NCBI GenBank assembly: GCA_963726745.1
Contig: CAVSDR010000006.1
Coordinates: 256,001-320,000, forward strand
DNA length: 64,000 bases
From: an uncultured Verrucomicrobiae bacterium
GTDB taxonomy: Bacteria; Verrucomicrobiota; Verrucomicrobiia; Chthoniobacterales; UBA10450
Reading direction: 5' to 3'
Shown here: positions 49,704 through 64,000 of the stretch, one piece after another
Numbering within the stretch: position 1 is the stretch's first letter
Layout of the letters: each line of letters begins with the position of its first letter
The notes under the pieces: model-generated
Told to the model about the DNA's origin: nothing
The model's database searches: none
Seen by the model: the letters and a program-made list of their open reading frames with translations, nothing else
Program-made: the position numbers and the translations under genes

Positions 49704-50846
49704 ATGGGGTCGAGCAGCCTAACGAGTGAAGAGCGGGCGCGCTACGCGCGGCACTTGATCATGCCGGAAGTGACCCTGGCGGGGCAGGAGCGTTTAAAAG
49801 CTGCGCGCGTGCTCTGCATCGGCGCGGGCGGGTTGGGCTCGCCGGCGGCGCTTTACCTCGCGGCTGCGGGCGTGGGCACGCTCGGACTGGTGGATGCCGA
49901 CGAGGTGGAGCTCTCGAATCTCCAGCGACAATTGCTCCACGGCACGAGCGACGTGGGCCGCGCAAAAATAGACAGCGCGCTCGGCCGCTTGCGGGAGATC
50001 AACCCACACGTGCAGACCGTCCCGCATCGCTGCCGTTTCACCGCGGAGAACGCAGAGGAAATCCTCGCGGGCTACGACCTGGTGGTCGATGGCTCGGATA
50101 ATTTTCCCACACGCTACCTCTCAAACGACGTCTCTGTTTTTGCGCGCAAGCCGAACGTCTACGGCTCGGTTTTTCGCTTCGACGGACAGACGACAGTCTT
50201 CGCGCCGCACCTCGGCGGGCCGTGTTACCGGTGCCTGTTCCCGGAACCGCCGCCGGCGGGGACGGTGCCAAATTGCGCGGAAGCCGGCGTGCTCGGCGTG
50301 CTCCCGGGAATCATCGGAACGCTCCAGGCGATCGAGGCGATCAAGCTCATCCTCGGCTTGGGCGAATCGCTCGTCGGCCGGCTGCTGCACTTCGATGCGC
50401 TAAAGATGAAGTTCCGCACTTTCAATCTTCGACGCGATCCGCAATGTCCCGTCTGCGGCGAGCAACCCACGATTACCGCGCCGATCGATTACGAAGCTTT
50501 TTGCGATATGACCACACCGACCAACGACGTGCCCGAGATCACCGTGCAGGAGCTACAGGAAATGCGGGAAGCGCAGAAGGATTTTGTGCTCCTGGATGTG
50601 CGCGAGCCGCACGAATACGAGCTCGCGCGGATCGAGGGGGCGCAACTCATTCCGCTGGGAGAATTGCCCGCGCGGCTGGAAGAGGTCGAGCGCGGGAAGG
50701 AACTGGTGGTCCACTGCCACGGCGGCGTGCGCAGCGCTCATGCGGTCCAGCTCCTGCAGCAGGCCGGCTTCAACCGCGCGCGGAATTTAGCCGGCGGGAT
50801 CGACGCCTGGTCGGTCGAGATCGACCCGGAAGTTCCGCGCTACTGA
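49704..50846 (+). CDS. moeB: MoeB/ThiF adenylyltransferase + rhodanese (MoeZ-type)
   Basis: RYARHL, GAGGLGS, SNLQRQ, CYRC, CPVC, CHGGVRS rhodanese loop. Confidence 0.93.
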   Translation: MGSSSLTSEERARYARHLIMPEVTLAGQERLKAARVLCIGAGGLGSPAALYLAAAGVGTLGLVDADEVELSNLQRQLLHGTSDVGRAKIDSALGRLREINPHVQTVPHRCRFTAENAEEILAGYDLVVDGSDNFPTRYLSNDVSVFARKPNVYGSVFRFDGQTTVFAPHLGGPCYRCLFPEPPPAGTVPNCAEAGVLGVLPGIIGTLQAIEAIKLILGLGESLVGRLLHFDALKMKFRTFNLRRDPQCPVCGEQPTITAPIDYEAFCDMTTPTNDVPEITVQELQEMREAQKDFVLLDVREPHEYELARIEGAQLIPLGELPARLEEVERGKELVVHCHGGVRSAHAVQLLQQAGFNRARNLAGGIDAWSVEIDPEVPRY

Positions 50847-51415
50847 AGCGACTGCGCCGCGGCGGCGATCGCTTTGCCTAACGAGTCCTCGCTCGGGACG
50901 GAAAACCAGCGCTGCACCACCCGGCCGCGACCGTCGAAGACGAAAACCGCGAGCCCGCTGTCCTCCGGCGCCAGCCCGAGCTTGGCCACCTCGCTGCCAT
51001 CGAAATCAGCCACCGCGATCACATCCTCGCGCGGGCTGTGCGCAATCTTCCGCGCTTGATACTCGGCCGCCAGCTTCCTGGCCTCGGCGTTGAGCCGTTG
51101 GCGAATGATCGCGCGGGTGAGGCCACGGAAGGGACCCGCGAGCTTCCGCTGAAAGTTGACCAGCGTGAGGTAGCGGTAGTTCGAGTCCCCGGTGTATTTA
51201 TCAGGCACGTGATCGGCCACCGCCTCGGCCTCGTCCTCGTGCTCGCGCGTGACTACGGCAATGATCGTAACCTTGCCGGCCGCGGTAGCGTGCTCAATGC
51301 CGTCCACGTCGAGGAACTTCACCGAGGCCACGCTACCGGGCGCCAACGCCTCGCCGCGGACTGCGCCGCCCGCGAGCGCGAGGGCGAAAATCAATTGAAG
51401 GCCCCGGGCAATCAT
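50840..51415 (-). CDS. Secreted thioredoxin-fold-like hypothetical protein
   Basis: Signal peptide; DFDG.V...LG...VFVFD..G pattern with no CxxC. Confidence 0.6.
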   Translation of the reverse strand: MIARGLQLIFALALAGGAVRGEALAPGSVASVKFLDVDGIEHATAAGKVTIIAVVTREHEDEAEAVADHVPDKYTGDSNYRYLTLVNFQRKLAGPFRGLTRAIIRQRLNAEARKLAAEYQARKIAHSPREDVIAVADFDGSEVAKLGLAPEDSGLAVFVFDGRGRVVQRWFSVPSEDSLGKAIAAAAQSLQ

Positions 51416-51435
51416 GTTTAAGCACCGTTGCCACG

Positions 51436-52143
51436 ATGCTCGCGCCTGACAAGTCACCCCGTTTCCGCTGCACCCTGGCGATGCTTTGCCTGCTGGCGCT
51501 CGGCGGCTGCAATCGCATGGCCACGCCGCCGGCGAAGCAGACCTTGAAAGATGCCGAGGCGCGCGCGGCCAGCGGCGATTTCCTGGAAGCCCTAAGCCTC
51601 TACGAGAAGGCGCTCGATGGAAGTACGGACTCGGCGGAGATCCATTACAAGATGGCCCTGCTCTACGACGACAAGATGAAGGAACCGCTAAACGCGCTCC
51701 ATCATTTCAAGCGTTACCTCACGCTCGCGCCGAGCGGACGGCACGCGGCGGAAGTGAAGGGCTTCATGAAACGCGATGAGCTCACTTTGGTGACGACGCT
51801 TTCCGGCGACGCGGTCATGTCGCGCGCGGAGGCGGCGCGGCTACGGAACGAAAACCTGGCGCTGCGCCGCCAGCTCGACGAAAAAGCCGCGCAAGCCAAG
51901 GCGGCGGCGGCAACCGAAAAGGCGAGCGCGCGCACGAGTCGCGCGGAGAAATCTGCCAGCCCGGCGAAACGCAAGAAAGCCGGCAACCGGCAACATGTGG
52001 TCGAGGCCGGTGAGACGCTCTACTCGCTTTCGCGCAAATATTACGACACCCCGAGCCGCTGGAAGGAAATCCGCGAGGCCAACAGCGGGAAGCTGGGGAG
52101 CGGCGGAAAATTACGCGCCGGACAAACGCTCACCATTCCGTAG
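51436..52143 (+). CDS. Lipoprotein with TPR and C-terminal LysM
   Basis: LGGC lipobox; TPR; HVVEAGETLYSLSRKYY...W..I..AN...GQTLTIP. Confidence 0.88.
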   Translation: MLAPDKSPRFRCTLAMLCLLALGGCNRMATPPAKQTLKDAEARAASGDFLEALSLYEKALDGSTDSAEIHYKMALLYDDKMKEPLNALHHFKRYLTLAPSGRHAAEVKGFMKRDELTLVTTLSGDAVMSRAEAARLRNENLALRRQLDEKAAQAKAAAATEKASARTSRAEKSASPAKRKKAGNRQHVVEAGETLYSLSRKYYDTPSRWKEIREANSGKLGSGGKLRAGQTLTIP

Positions 52144-52170
52144 GCTATTTTTCCCAACTGGAGGAATCCC

Positions 52171-53076
52171 ATGAAAGTCATCACCCGCATCGCCCCGGAC
52201 GTCGGCTGGATGCCGATCAGTTTCGTGAACGTCTACTTCATCGGCCGGCCCGGCGGGAACTGGGTCTTGATCGATGCCGGCCTGCCGGGACGCGCACCGG
52301 AAATCCTCGCCGCAGCCGAAGGTCGCTTCGGCGCGGGTGCGCGGCCGCAGGCAATCATTTTGACGCACGGGCATTTCGATCATGCGGGCTCGGCCCGATC
52401 GCTGGCGGACATCTGGGATGTGCCGATCTATGCGCACGAACGGGAATTGCCCTACCTCGACGGGCGTTCGGCCTATCCCCCGCCCGACCCGACAATTGGC
52501 GGAGCAATTGCTTTCCTTTCGCGCTTCATGCCCTCGCGGCCGGCACCGCTCGGGCCGAGATTACGCGCGCTGGTTCCCGGCGAGCTGCCCGGATTAAGCG
52601 ATTGGGAATGGATCGCTACTCCAGGACATTCGCCCGGACACATCTCGCTCTATCGCGCCGCCGATGGAGTGCTGCTGGCGGGCGACGCGCTCGCGACGAT
52701 GGACATGGATTCGTGGATAGGCCTGGTGAGCGGGCGCAAGACGCTGGCGCGCGCGGGCGCGCCGTTTAATTGCAACTGGGACGCGACCCGTGCCTCGGTC
52801 GCACAGCTGGCGCAACTGCGGCCGAACGTCATCGGCGCGGGCCACGGAATGCCGCGTTCCGATAGTGATCTCGCTGGCAAACTCGAAGCCTTCGCCCGGC
52901 GTTTCCGCCGCCCGCGGCACGGGCGTTACGTGCGCCACGCGGCGCAGACGGACTCGAACGGCGTGGTCGCGCTGCCGCGCGCGCCGTTCGACCCGGTGCC
53001 GTTCGCGACCGCGGCGTCGCTGATCGTGGCCGGCGCCGCGCTCGGCGCCGGCCTGCTCGATCGGGAGCGTCGTTAG
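52171..53076 (+). CDS. MBL-fold metallohydrolase
   Basis: THGHFDHAG, TPGHSPGH, AGD, GHG. Confidence 0.9.
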   Translation: MKVITRIAPDVGWMPISFVNVYFIGRPGGNWVLIDAGLPGRAPEILAAAEGRFGAGARPQAIILTHGHFDHAGSARSLADIWDVPIYAHERELPYLDGRSAYPPPDPTIGGAIAFLSRFMPSRPAPLGPRLRALVPGELPGLSDWEWIATPGHSPGHISLYRAADGVLLAGDALATMDMDSWIGLVSGRKTLARAGAPFNCNWDATRASVAQLAQLRPNVIGAGHGMPRSDSDLAGKLEAFARRFRRPRHGRYVRHAAQTDSNGVVALPRAPFDPVPFATAASLIVAGAALGAGLLDRERR

Positions 53077-53094
53077 GCCGCCAGCCTTAACTCG

Positions 53095-58711
<5,617 letters not shown>

Positions 58712-58878
58712 TTGTACCGGAAATCGGAGTCGTTTTGGGAATTGAAATTCAAGCTCCCGGGCGCCGGAAAACCAAGCACAAAACCTCGCGCGAAAATAAC
58801 CAGCGCTTTCTCCCGCCGATGACGCGACGGCCCTGCCACCGCCCAGGAGCGATCGTCCGCGAAAGGCGCGCCCGGACT

Positions 58879-59640
58879 TTACCGGCGAGATCGCGCCGGC
58901 GAGGGCGAGGGCGAGGCGGTCGGCTTCGCGGGCGGCGGCGGTCCGAGCGTGACCAGGGTCCCGCGGCCGTGGATCACGAGATTGGTCGGGAAGAGCTGCG
59001 GGTTCTGTTTTTGCTCCGCCGCCGCGGAGAGGATCGCGGCCTCGTTAGGCAATGGGGCAAACTGGCTGCTGGTGAGGACGGAGGTGCGGTAGAGCTGGCC
59101 AATGTTGAAATCGACTGGTTCGGGGAGTTGCTTCGCGGTCGGTTTCGCGATCAGGAGATGGCCGGCTTCGAGCAGGATCGATTCGCCGACTTTCGCCGGG
59201 AGGAAAACGCGCGCGGTTCCCTCGAGAAGCATGATCTTGACGTAGGTGGGCCCGAAGCGCTCGACCATGCCGGTGGCGCCGCTGGTTTCGACCCGAAAGG
59301 TGCCGGTGGCGATCTCTGGGCCGCGGCCGCGCGGCGCCTGGAAAAGCACCGCGCCTTCCTGTAGCTCGAGCGTTTCCCCCTCGACCCGCAGAGTGCTTTT
59401 CGAACCGAGGCGCACAAGGCTGCGCTGACCAAGACTCAGCTCAGCGCGCGACTGCGCGGCCGTCCGCAAAACCGCGCCGGCACCGAGGTCTTGACCGGAT
59501 TGCGCGGCCCGTCCATCGACGGAGACGTCTCGGAGCACGCGGGTGATTTTCCCCTGCGCGGAGGCGGATCCGCCGTGGGTGAAAATGCCGGCTATAATCA
59601 GCAGGCGCAGGCACCCGCAGGCCGCACTCCGGAGGCTCAC
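58879..59640 (-). CDS. Secreted FecR-domain protein
   Basis: [13 protein letters not shown]...VRLGSKS...LQEGAVLF; paralogous to the N-terminus of the giant protein. Confidence 0.78.
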   Translation of the reverse strand: MSLRSAACGCLRLLIIAGIFTHGGSASAQGKITRVLRDVSVDGRAAQSGQDLGAGAVLRTAAQSRAELSLGQRSLVRLGSKSTLRVEGETLELQEGAVLFQAPRGRGPEIATGTFRVETSGATGMVERFGPTYVKIMLLEGTARVFLPAKVGESILLEAGHLLIAKPTAKQLPEPVDFNIGQLYRTSVLTSSQFAPLPNEAAILSAAAEQKQNPQLFPTNLVIHGRGTLVTLGPPPPAKPTASPSPSPARSRR

Positions 59641-59643
59641 GCG

Positions 59644-60609
59644 CTAGAAGCGGACGTTGGCCGCGAGGGCACCGCCGCCATTGCCGACATCGTAATCGAA
59701 GACGTCGCGGTCGGAATCGTTGTGCGCAAAACTGGTGATCGCGCTCACGCTCAGGTAGCTGTTGATCCGATAGGTCGCGCTGAGGGCGAAGATCTCGCTC
59801 ACGTCGAGCCGGTCGACCTCAGTGTAATCGCGCACGGCCACGCGCACGACGGCGTTCATCGAGAAATTGCGCGCGAGATTGACCGCGTAGCCGACGAAGG
59901 CGCTGTAGTCATTGCGCCCGGGTGGCGCCGGGTGCGAGGCAAGGTCGACCGCGACCTCGCTGCCGACGGTCAACTGCTGGGCCCGGCCGATGCGGAAGGG
60001 CATTTCCGCGGCAAAGTCGAGCGTATGGCTGCGGAAGAATTCGTCGAAGCTGTCGTTGGTGAGGCGATTGAAAGCGTAGTCTGCGCGCAGCACCAGGCCG
60101 TGGAATTGCGCGAGGGTGTAGGCCAGCCCAGCGCGGGCCTCGAAGCTCCCGAAGTTGAAACCATCGAAGCGATCGTAATAAAACATTTGCTGCCCGACGC
60201 TGAAGGTGGCGTTGAGCGGACCGGAGATGCGGGGCGCGTAGATCAGCAGGGCGCTCGGGGTGAAGAGGACGTCGCCTTTTTCGTCGGTGCTCGAGAGGGC
60301 GACATTCGAGGTGAAGGAAAACGGCGCGGAAGCGATAAAAGTGAAAGGCTGCGGCTTTTCCGCGCGTTTCAGGATGGCCTGCTCGCCGAGGTCGGGATCG
60401 TTCGGGCTGGCGGGCGCGACGCCTTCATCAGAGCCGGGCTCGCCGGGCGCGGCCTCGCGCAGGCCAGGCGCGGAATTTCGCAGGAGCTGGGCGCGATCGA
60501 CACTGCCGCTGATGGGAGCTTGCGCGAGCGCGACGCTGCTGCTGCAGAGCACCAGGCACAGCGCGAGAAAGCGCGGCGTGCGCGCGAGTTTCACGTTCAT
60601 TTTAGACAT
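59644..60609 (-). CDS. Outer-membrane beta-barrel protein
   Basis: Signal peptide, alternating amphipathic strands, C-terminal Phe (ANVRF). Confidence 0.75.
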   Translation of the reverse strand: MSKMNVKLARTPRFLALCLVLCSSSVALAQAPISGSVDRAQLLRNSAPGLREAAPGEPGSDEGVAPASPNDPDLGEQAILKRAEKPQPFTFIASAPFSFTSNVALSSTDEKGDVLFTPSALLIYAPRISGPLNATFSVGQQMFYYDRFDGFNFGSFEARAGLAYTLAQFHGLVLRADYAFNRLTNDSFDEFFRSHTLDFAAEMPFRIGRAQQLTVGSEVAVDLASHPAPPGRNDYSAFVGYAVNLARNFSMNAVVRVAVRDYTEVDRLDVSEIFALSATYRINSYLSVSAITSFAHNDSDRDVFDYDVGNGGGALAANVRF

Positions 60610-60691
60610 TCGGCCCGGCAGTTTTGCTGTCATCCTCGCGAAGGGTCAAGCAGTTAAAAGGCCACGCACAAAAGTGAGCGTAAAAATTAGC

Positions 60692-61741
60692 CTACACTTC
60701 GAGCAGGTCGCGCTGCCATGGAACAAGCAAGGCCTCGCTCCGGCTTTGATCGGCGGCGATCGATTCCACCGTGGCCTTGGGCGCGATCAAGGAAGGATCG
60801 AGGCCGAGTTGCTCCGCTTTGCGGTCGCGGCGACGGCGCAATTCCTCCGCCAGGCGCTCCATCTCCTGCGTCGGGCGCTGGCCTGGACGACGGATGCGGC
60901 GCGGCAATTCCTCATCCGGCAATTGCAGCCCGCGCTCGGCGGCCTCGTAAAAACTCCGGCGTCGCCGCGGGGAAAGATGGCGGAACTCCGGCTGCTTCCC
61001 GGCTTCGAGATCTTTCGCGGCTTGCAGGAGGAGATGATTCTGCAGGATGTGGAAAGAGGGGCGATCGACCGCCTGGGCTTCCTGGTCCCGCCAGCGCCAA
61101 AGCTCGCGCAAGATCCCCGCCGCGCGCGGCGAGAGCGTGCCTGCGCCGCTGATTCGCCAGACTTCTTCCTCGTCGCGCACCCGCTCGATCCCGGTGAGCG
61201 CAAGGTTCCGCTGGCAGGATTGCTGGAACCAATCGTAGCGCCCCTTCTCCTTCAACTCGTCCTCCATCATCTCGGCTAACGAGATGAGGAAATGGGTGTC
61301 GTTCTTCGCGTAGTCCATCATCTGCTTCGAGAGCGGACGCTGGGCCCAGTTAGCTTTCTGTGAACCTTTCGTGAGGACGACGCCAAAGTATTTCTCGACC
61401 AGAGCCGCGAGGCTGAACGCGCGCAGTCCGAGCAAACGCGCCGCGACCACGGTGTCGAAGACGCGCGTGGCCTCGAAGTTCATCGCGCGCTTGAGCAGGC
61501 GCAGATCGAAGTCGGCGCCTTGCAGGATGATTTCCTTCGGCGTCAAAGCGTCGGCTAAAGGCGTCAGGCTCATCGGCGCGAGCGGATCGATCAGCAGGTC
61601 CTGCTGGTCGAAGCTCAACTGCACCAGGCAAAGCTTCTCGAAGTAGCAATGGAGGCTGTCCGCCTCAGTATCGACCGCGATGCGGTCGTGCTTTTCGAGC
61701 GCGGGGAGGATGGCGGCGAGGTCGGCGTCGGTGCTGATCAT
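60692..61741 (-). CDS. rnd: Ribonuclease D (3'-5' exonuclease + HRDC)
   Basis: VDTEADS, CLVQL, DLRLL, FDT..AA, W..RPLS, YA..D, HRDC WR...A...DRP. Confidence 0.9.
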   Translation of the reverse strand: MISTDADLAAILPALEKHDRIAVDTEADSLHCYFEKLCLVQLSFDQQDLLIDPLAPMSLTPLADALTPKEIILQGADFDLRLLKRAMNFEATRVFDTVVAARLLGLRAFSLAALVEKYFGVVLTKGSQKANWAQRPLSKQMMDYAKNDTHFLISLAEMMEDELKEKGRYDWFQQSCQRNLALTGIERVRDEEEVWRISGAGTLSPRAAGILRELWRWRDQEAQAVDRPSFHILQNHLLLQAAKDLEAGKQPEFRHLSPRRRRSFYEAAERGLQLPDEELPRRIRRPGQRPTQEMERLAEELRRRRDRKAEQLGLDPSLIAPKATVESIAADQSRSEALLVPWQRDLLEV

Positions 61742-63075
61742 CGGAGGCCGCTCAAAAGAAGTTCGGCGTTGGTTTTCGTCGCCTGGAGGTTGCCGATTAA
61801 TTGTTCCATTGCTTCCAGCGGAGGCAGGGCGGCCATCGACTTGCGCAGGAGCTGGACGCGCTCCCACTCGTCGGGGTGATAAAGCAATTCCTCGCGTCGC
61901 GTGGCCGATTGCTGCACGTGAATCGCCGGGTAAAGCCGCTTCTCGACCAGGCCGCGATCGAGGTGCAGCTCCATGTTTCCGGTGCCTTTGAACTCCTCGA
62001 AGATCACCTGGTCCATCTTGCTGCCAGTGTCGATCAAAGCGGTGGCTAAAATCGTGAGGCTGCCGCCTTCCTCGACGTTGCGCGCGGCGCCGAAGAAGCG
62101 CTTCGGCTTGAGCAACGCTTTCGCTTCCACGCCGCCGGACATCGTGCGGCCCTTGCCGGGTTGCAAGGAATTATAGCCGCGCGCCAGCCGGGTGATGCTG
62201 TCAAGCAGCACGACCACGTCCTTCTTCTGCTCGACCAGCCGCTTCGCGCGCTCCATGACCAACTCGGCCACCTGCACGTGGCGCTGCGGGCTTTCATCGA
62301 AAGTGGAATCGAAAATCTGGCAGTCGAGCTCGCGCTGGAGATCGGTCACTTCTTCGGGACGCTCATCCACGAGCAAGATGATGAGGACGATCTCGGGATG
62401 ATTTACGCGAATCGCTTTCGCGATTTCCTTCAGGAGAATCGTCTTGCCGACCCGCGGCGGGGCGACAATCAGCCCGCGCTGACCGCGACCCAGCGGCGTG
62501 AGCAAGTCGACCGCGCGGGCGCTGATCGAGTTGGTGGTCGTGTTCTCCAGCAGAATGCGGCCGTCGGGAAAGAGCGGGGTGAGACTATCGAAAGGCGTGG
62601 GCTCCTGCCACTCCTGCGGCGGGACCCCCTCGATCGCGGTGAGCTGATCGAGCATGAGCATTTTCTCACGGTCGCGCGGGAGCCGCACGGTGCCGGCGAG
62701 TTGTTGGCCGGGGCGGAATTTCCACTGCTGCACGAGTGAGCGCGGCACGCCGACATCGGCGGGAACAGGCAGGAAATTAAGCGACGGGAAGCGCAGAAGC
62801 GCGAATGAGTCAGCCACTTGTTCGAAGAACCCCTCGACCAAGACCGGCACCCGCCGGCTAAGCGCGCCGCGGACAAGATCGAGCACCTGATGCTGACGCG
62901 AACGGCCGGGGTGCATCCGCAGATCGAGGCGCTGGCAAAGATCCGCCAGTTCTTGCGGCGAAACATGCAGGAGATCGTTCAAGCGCAGCGGCTCCGGACG
63001 CTCGGCTTCCTCGGAGCGCGGCGGGATCTCGTGGGCGCTTTCCACTGCGGGTGGTTCCAAAACGGTCTCGTCCAT
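61738..63075 (-). CDS. rho: Transcription termination factor Rho
   Basis: [49 protein letters not shown]. Confidence 0.96.
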   Translation of the reverse strand: MDETVLEPPAVESAHEIPPRSEEAERPEPLRLNDLLHVSPQELADLCQRLDLRMHPGRSRQHQVLDLVRGALSRRVPVLVEGFFEQVADSFALLRFPSLNFLPVPADVGVPRSLVQQWKFRPGQQLAGTVRLPRDREKMLMLDQLTAIEGVPPQEWQEPTPFDSLTPLFPDGRILLENTTTNSISARAVDLLTPLGRGQRGLIVAPPRVGKTILLKEIAKAIRVNHPEIVLIILLVDERPEEVTDLQRELDCQIFDSTFDESPQRHVQVAELVMERAKRLVEQKKDVVVLLDSITRLARGYNSLQPGKGRTMSGGVEAKALLKPKRFFGAARNVEEGGSLTILATALIDTGSKMDQVIFEEFKGTGNMELHLDRGLVEKRLYPAIHVQQSATRREELLYHPDEWERVQLLRKSMAALPPLEAMEQLIGNLQATKTNAELLLSGLR

Positions 63076-63077
63076 GA

Positions 63078-63674
63078 TTATTCGCCCCACTGCGCCGCCA
63101 GCCTTCCGGCCTGGGCCGCGAGTAAGGGCCGGGGGCCATTATTCCAGACGACCTCGGTGGCCCGGCGAATCTTCTCCGGCAGCGGCATTTGGGCGGCGAT
63201 CATTTGGGAAGCAGCAGATTGGGAAAGCGAGGAGCGCGTCATCAGGCGGCGCAATTGCACGGCAGCCGAGCAGGCGACCACGACCACGCGGTCGCAGTGC
63301 GTTTCGCCACCGGTTTCGTAAAGGAGAGGAATGTCTGCAAAGAAAAGCTCCGTGGAGTTGCGCCGGCCGTCGGCTGCGCGGGTCCATTGACGCCGGATGC
63401 GCGGATGCAGAATCTGCTCAAGCGCGAGTTTCTTTTCCGGGTCGGCGAATATCATCGTGCGAAGGCGGGCGCGATTCAAGTCCCCCGCTGCGGAATAAAT
63501 CTCGGCGCCAAAAGCCGTCCGGATGAGCGCCTGCACCTCCGGGTCGCGATCAGTCAGCGCGCGCGCGGCCTGGTCGGCATCGAAGAAAATCGCGCCCGGC
63601 AACTCCGCGCGCAGGCATTCGCCGAAGGCGCTTTTTCCCGTGGCCACTCCGCCAGTTATTCCGATAACGGGCAT
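63078..63674 (-). CDS. coaE: Dephospho-CoA kinase
   Basis: IGITGGVATGKS, DAD, LNRARL...IF, HPRI, DIPLLYE. Confidence 0.95.
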   Translation of the reverse strand: MPVIGITGGVATGKSAFGECLRAELPGAIFFDADQAARALTDRDPEVQALIRTAFGAEIYSAAGDLNRARLRTMIFADPEKKLALEQILHPRIRRQWTRAADGRRNSTELFFADIPLLYETGGETHCDRVVVVACSAAVQLRRLMTRSSLSQSAASQMIAAQMPLPEKIRRATEVVWNNGPRPLLAAQAGRLAAQWGE

Positions 63675-63700
63675 CCCTGCTCCGCGCCAGAAAGCGCTGC

Positions 63701-64000
63701 CTATTTCTTATACATCGGCACCTGCGGCAAAGCCGGCGGCACCACGATGTCTTCGGCTTCTTCCATCTCCTCGGTCTGGTTGACCAATTGCCCGCCCGGA
63801 TTGATCAGGCGCGCGGTCACGAAGATGACGAGGTTGCGCTTCAGGTGTTGCTCGGAGTTGGTCCGGAAAAGGCGGCCGACGATCGGGATGTCGCCGATGA
63901 TCGGCGTGCGGTCCTCGGTCTTCTGCACGTCCTCGCGCATCAAGCCGCCGAGCACGACCGTCTGGCCATCCCACACGCTGACGCTGGTGGTCACCTTGCG
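63701..64000 (-). CDS. Secretin (GspD/PilQ family), 3' end
   Basis: DGQTVVLGGL, P..GDIPIVGRLF, NLVIFVT. Confidence 0.9.
   Translation of the reverse strand, partial: RKVTTSVSVWDGQTVVLGGLMREDVQKTEDRTPIIGDIPIVGRLFRTNSEQHLKRNLVIFVTARLINPGGQLVNQTEEMEEAEDIVVPPALPQVPMYKK

Noticed and set aside
10100..50880. Frequent GCGATCGC (HIP1-like) and CTCGAG words
   Set aside because: Built from preferred codons (GCG ATC GCN, CTC GAG), so plausibly explained by codon usage; needs a Markov test

Overview
GC-rich (roughly 65% by eye), gene-dense bacterial chromosome segment. The gene content (PEP-CTERM protein, FecR/beta-barrel cluster, dockerin-like C-terminal repeats, C30-type carotenoid genes) suggests a soil Verrucomicrobiota/Chthoniobacterales-like organism, which is an inference. 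Housekeeping genes include eno (5' end), fabI, purS/purQ, bioD, tyrS, tadA, tRNA-Gln, hppA, tsf, rpsB, thrS, moeB, rnd, rho, coaE and a partial secretin. Accessory loci are a phosphodiesterase-TPR-sulfotransferase fusion beside a PEP-CTERM gene, a carotenoid operon lacking a synthase, a split LigD, a secreted M12-type protease, an operon for a cNMP-binding 4x[4Fe-4S] protein plus cytochrome b-like protein plus decaheme cytochrome c, a small secreted toxin/immunity-like pair, and an outer-membrane barrel/FecR/giant FecR-(PT)60 cluster. The strongest unexplained signal is at the DNA level. The non-palindromic motif (G)CCTAACGA occurs 30 times by manual count, on both strands, in every reading frame and over many stop codons, against about 1 expected. 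A second TAG-centred motif (WWTAGCCR) is also enriched. Seven single-base frameshifts, one of them in the essential thrS, most likely reflect assembly errors. No CRISPR array, rRNA, IS element or prophage was seen.
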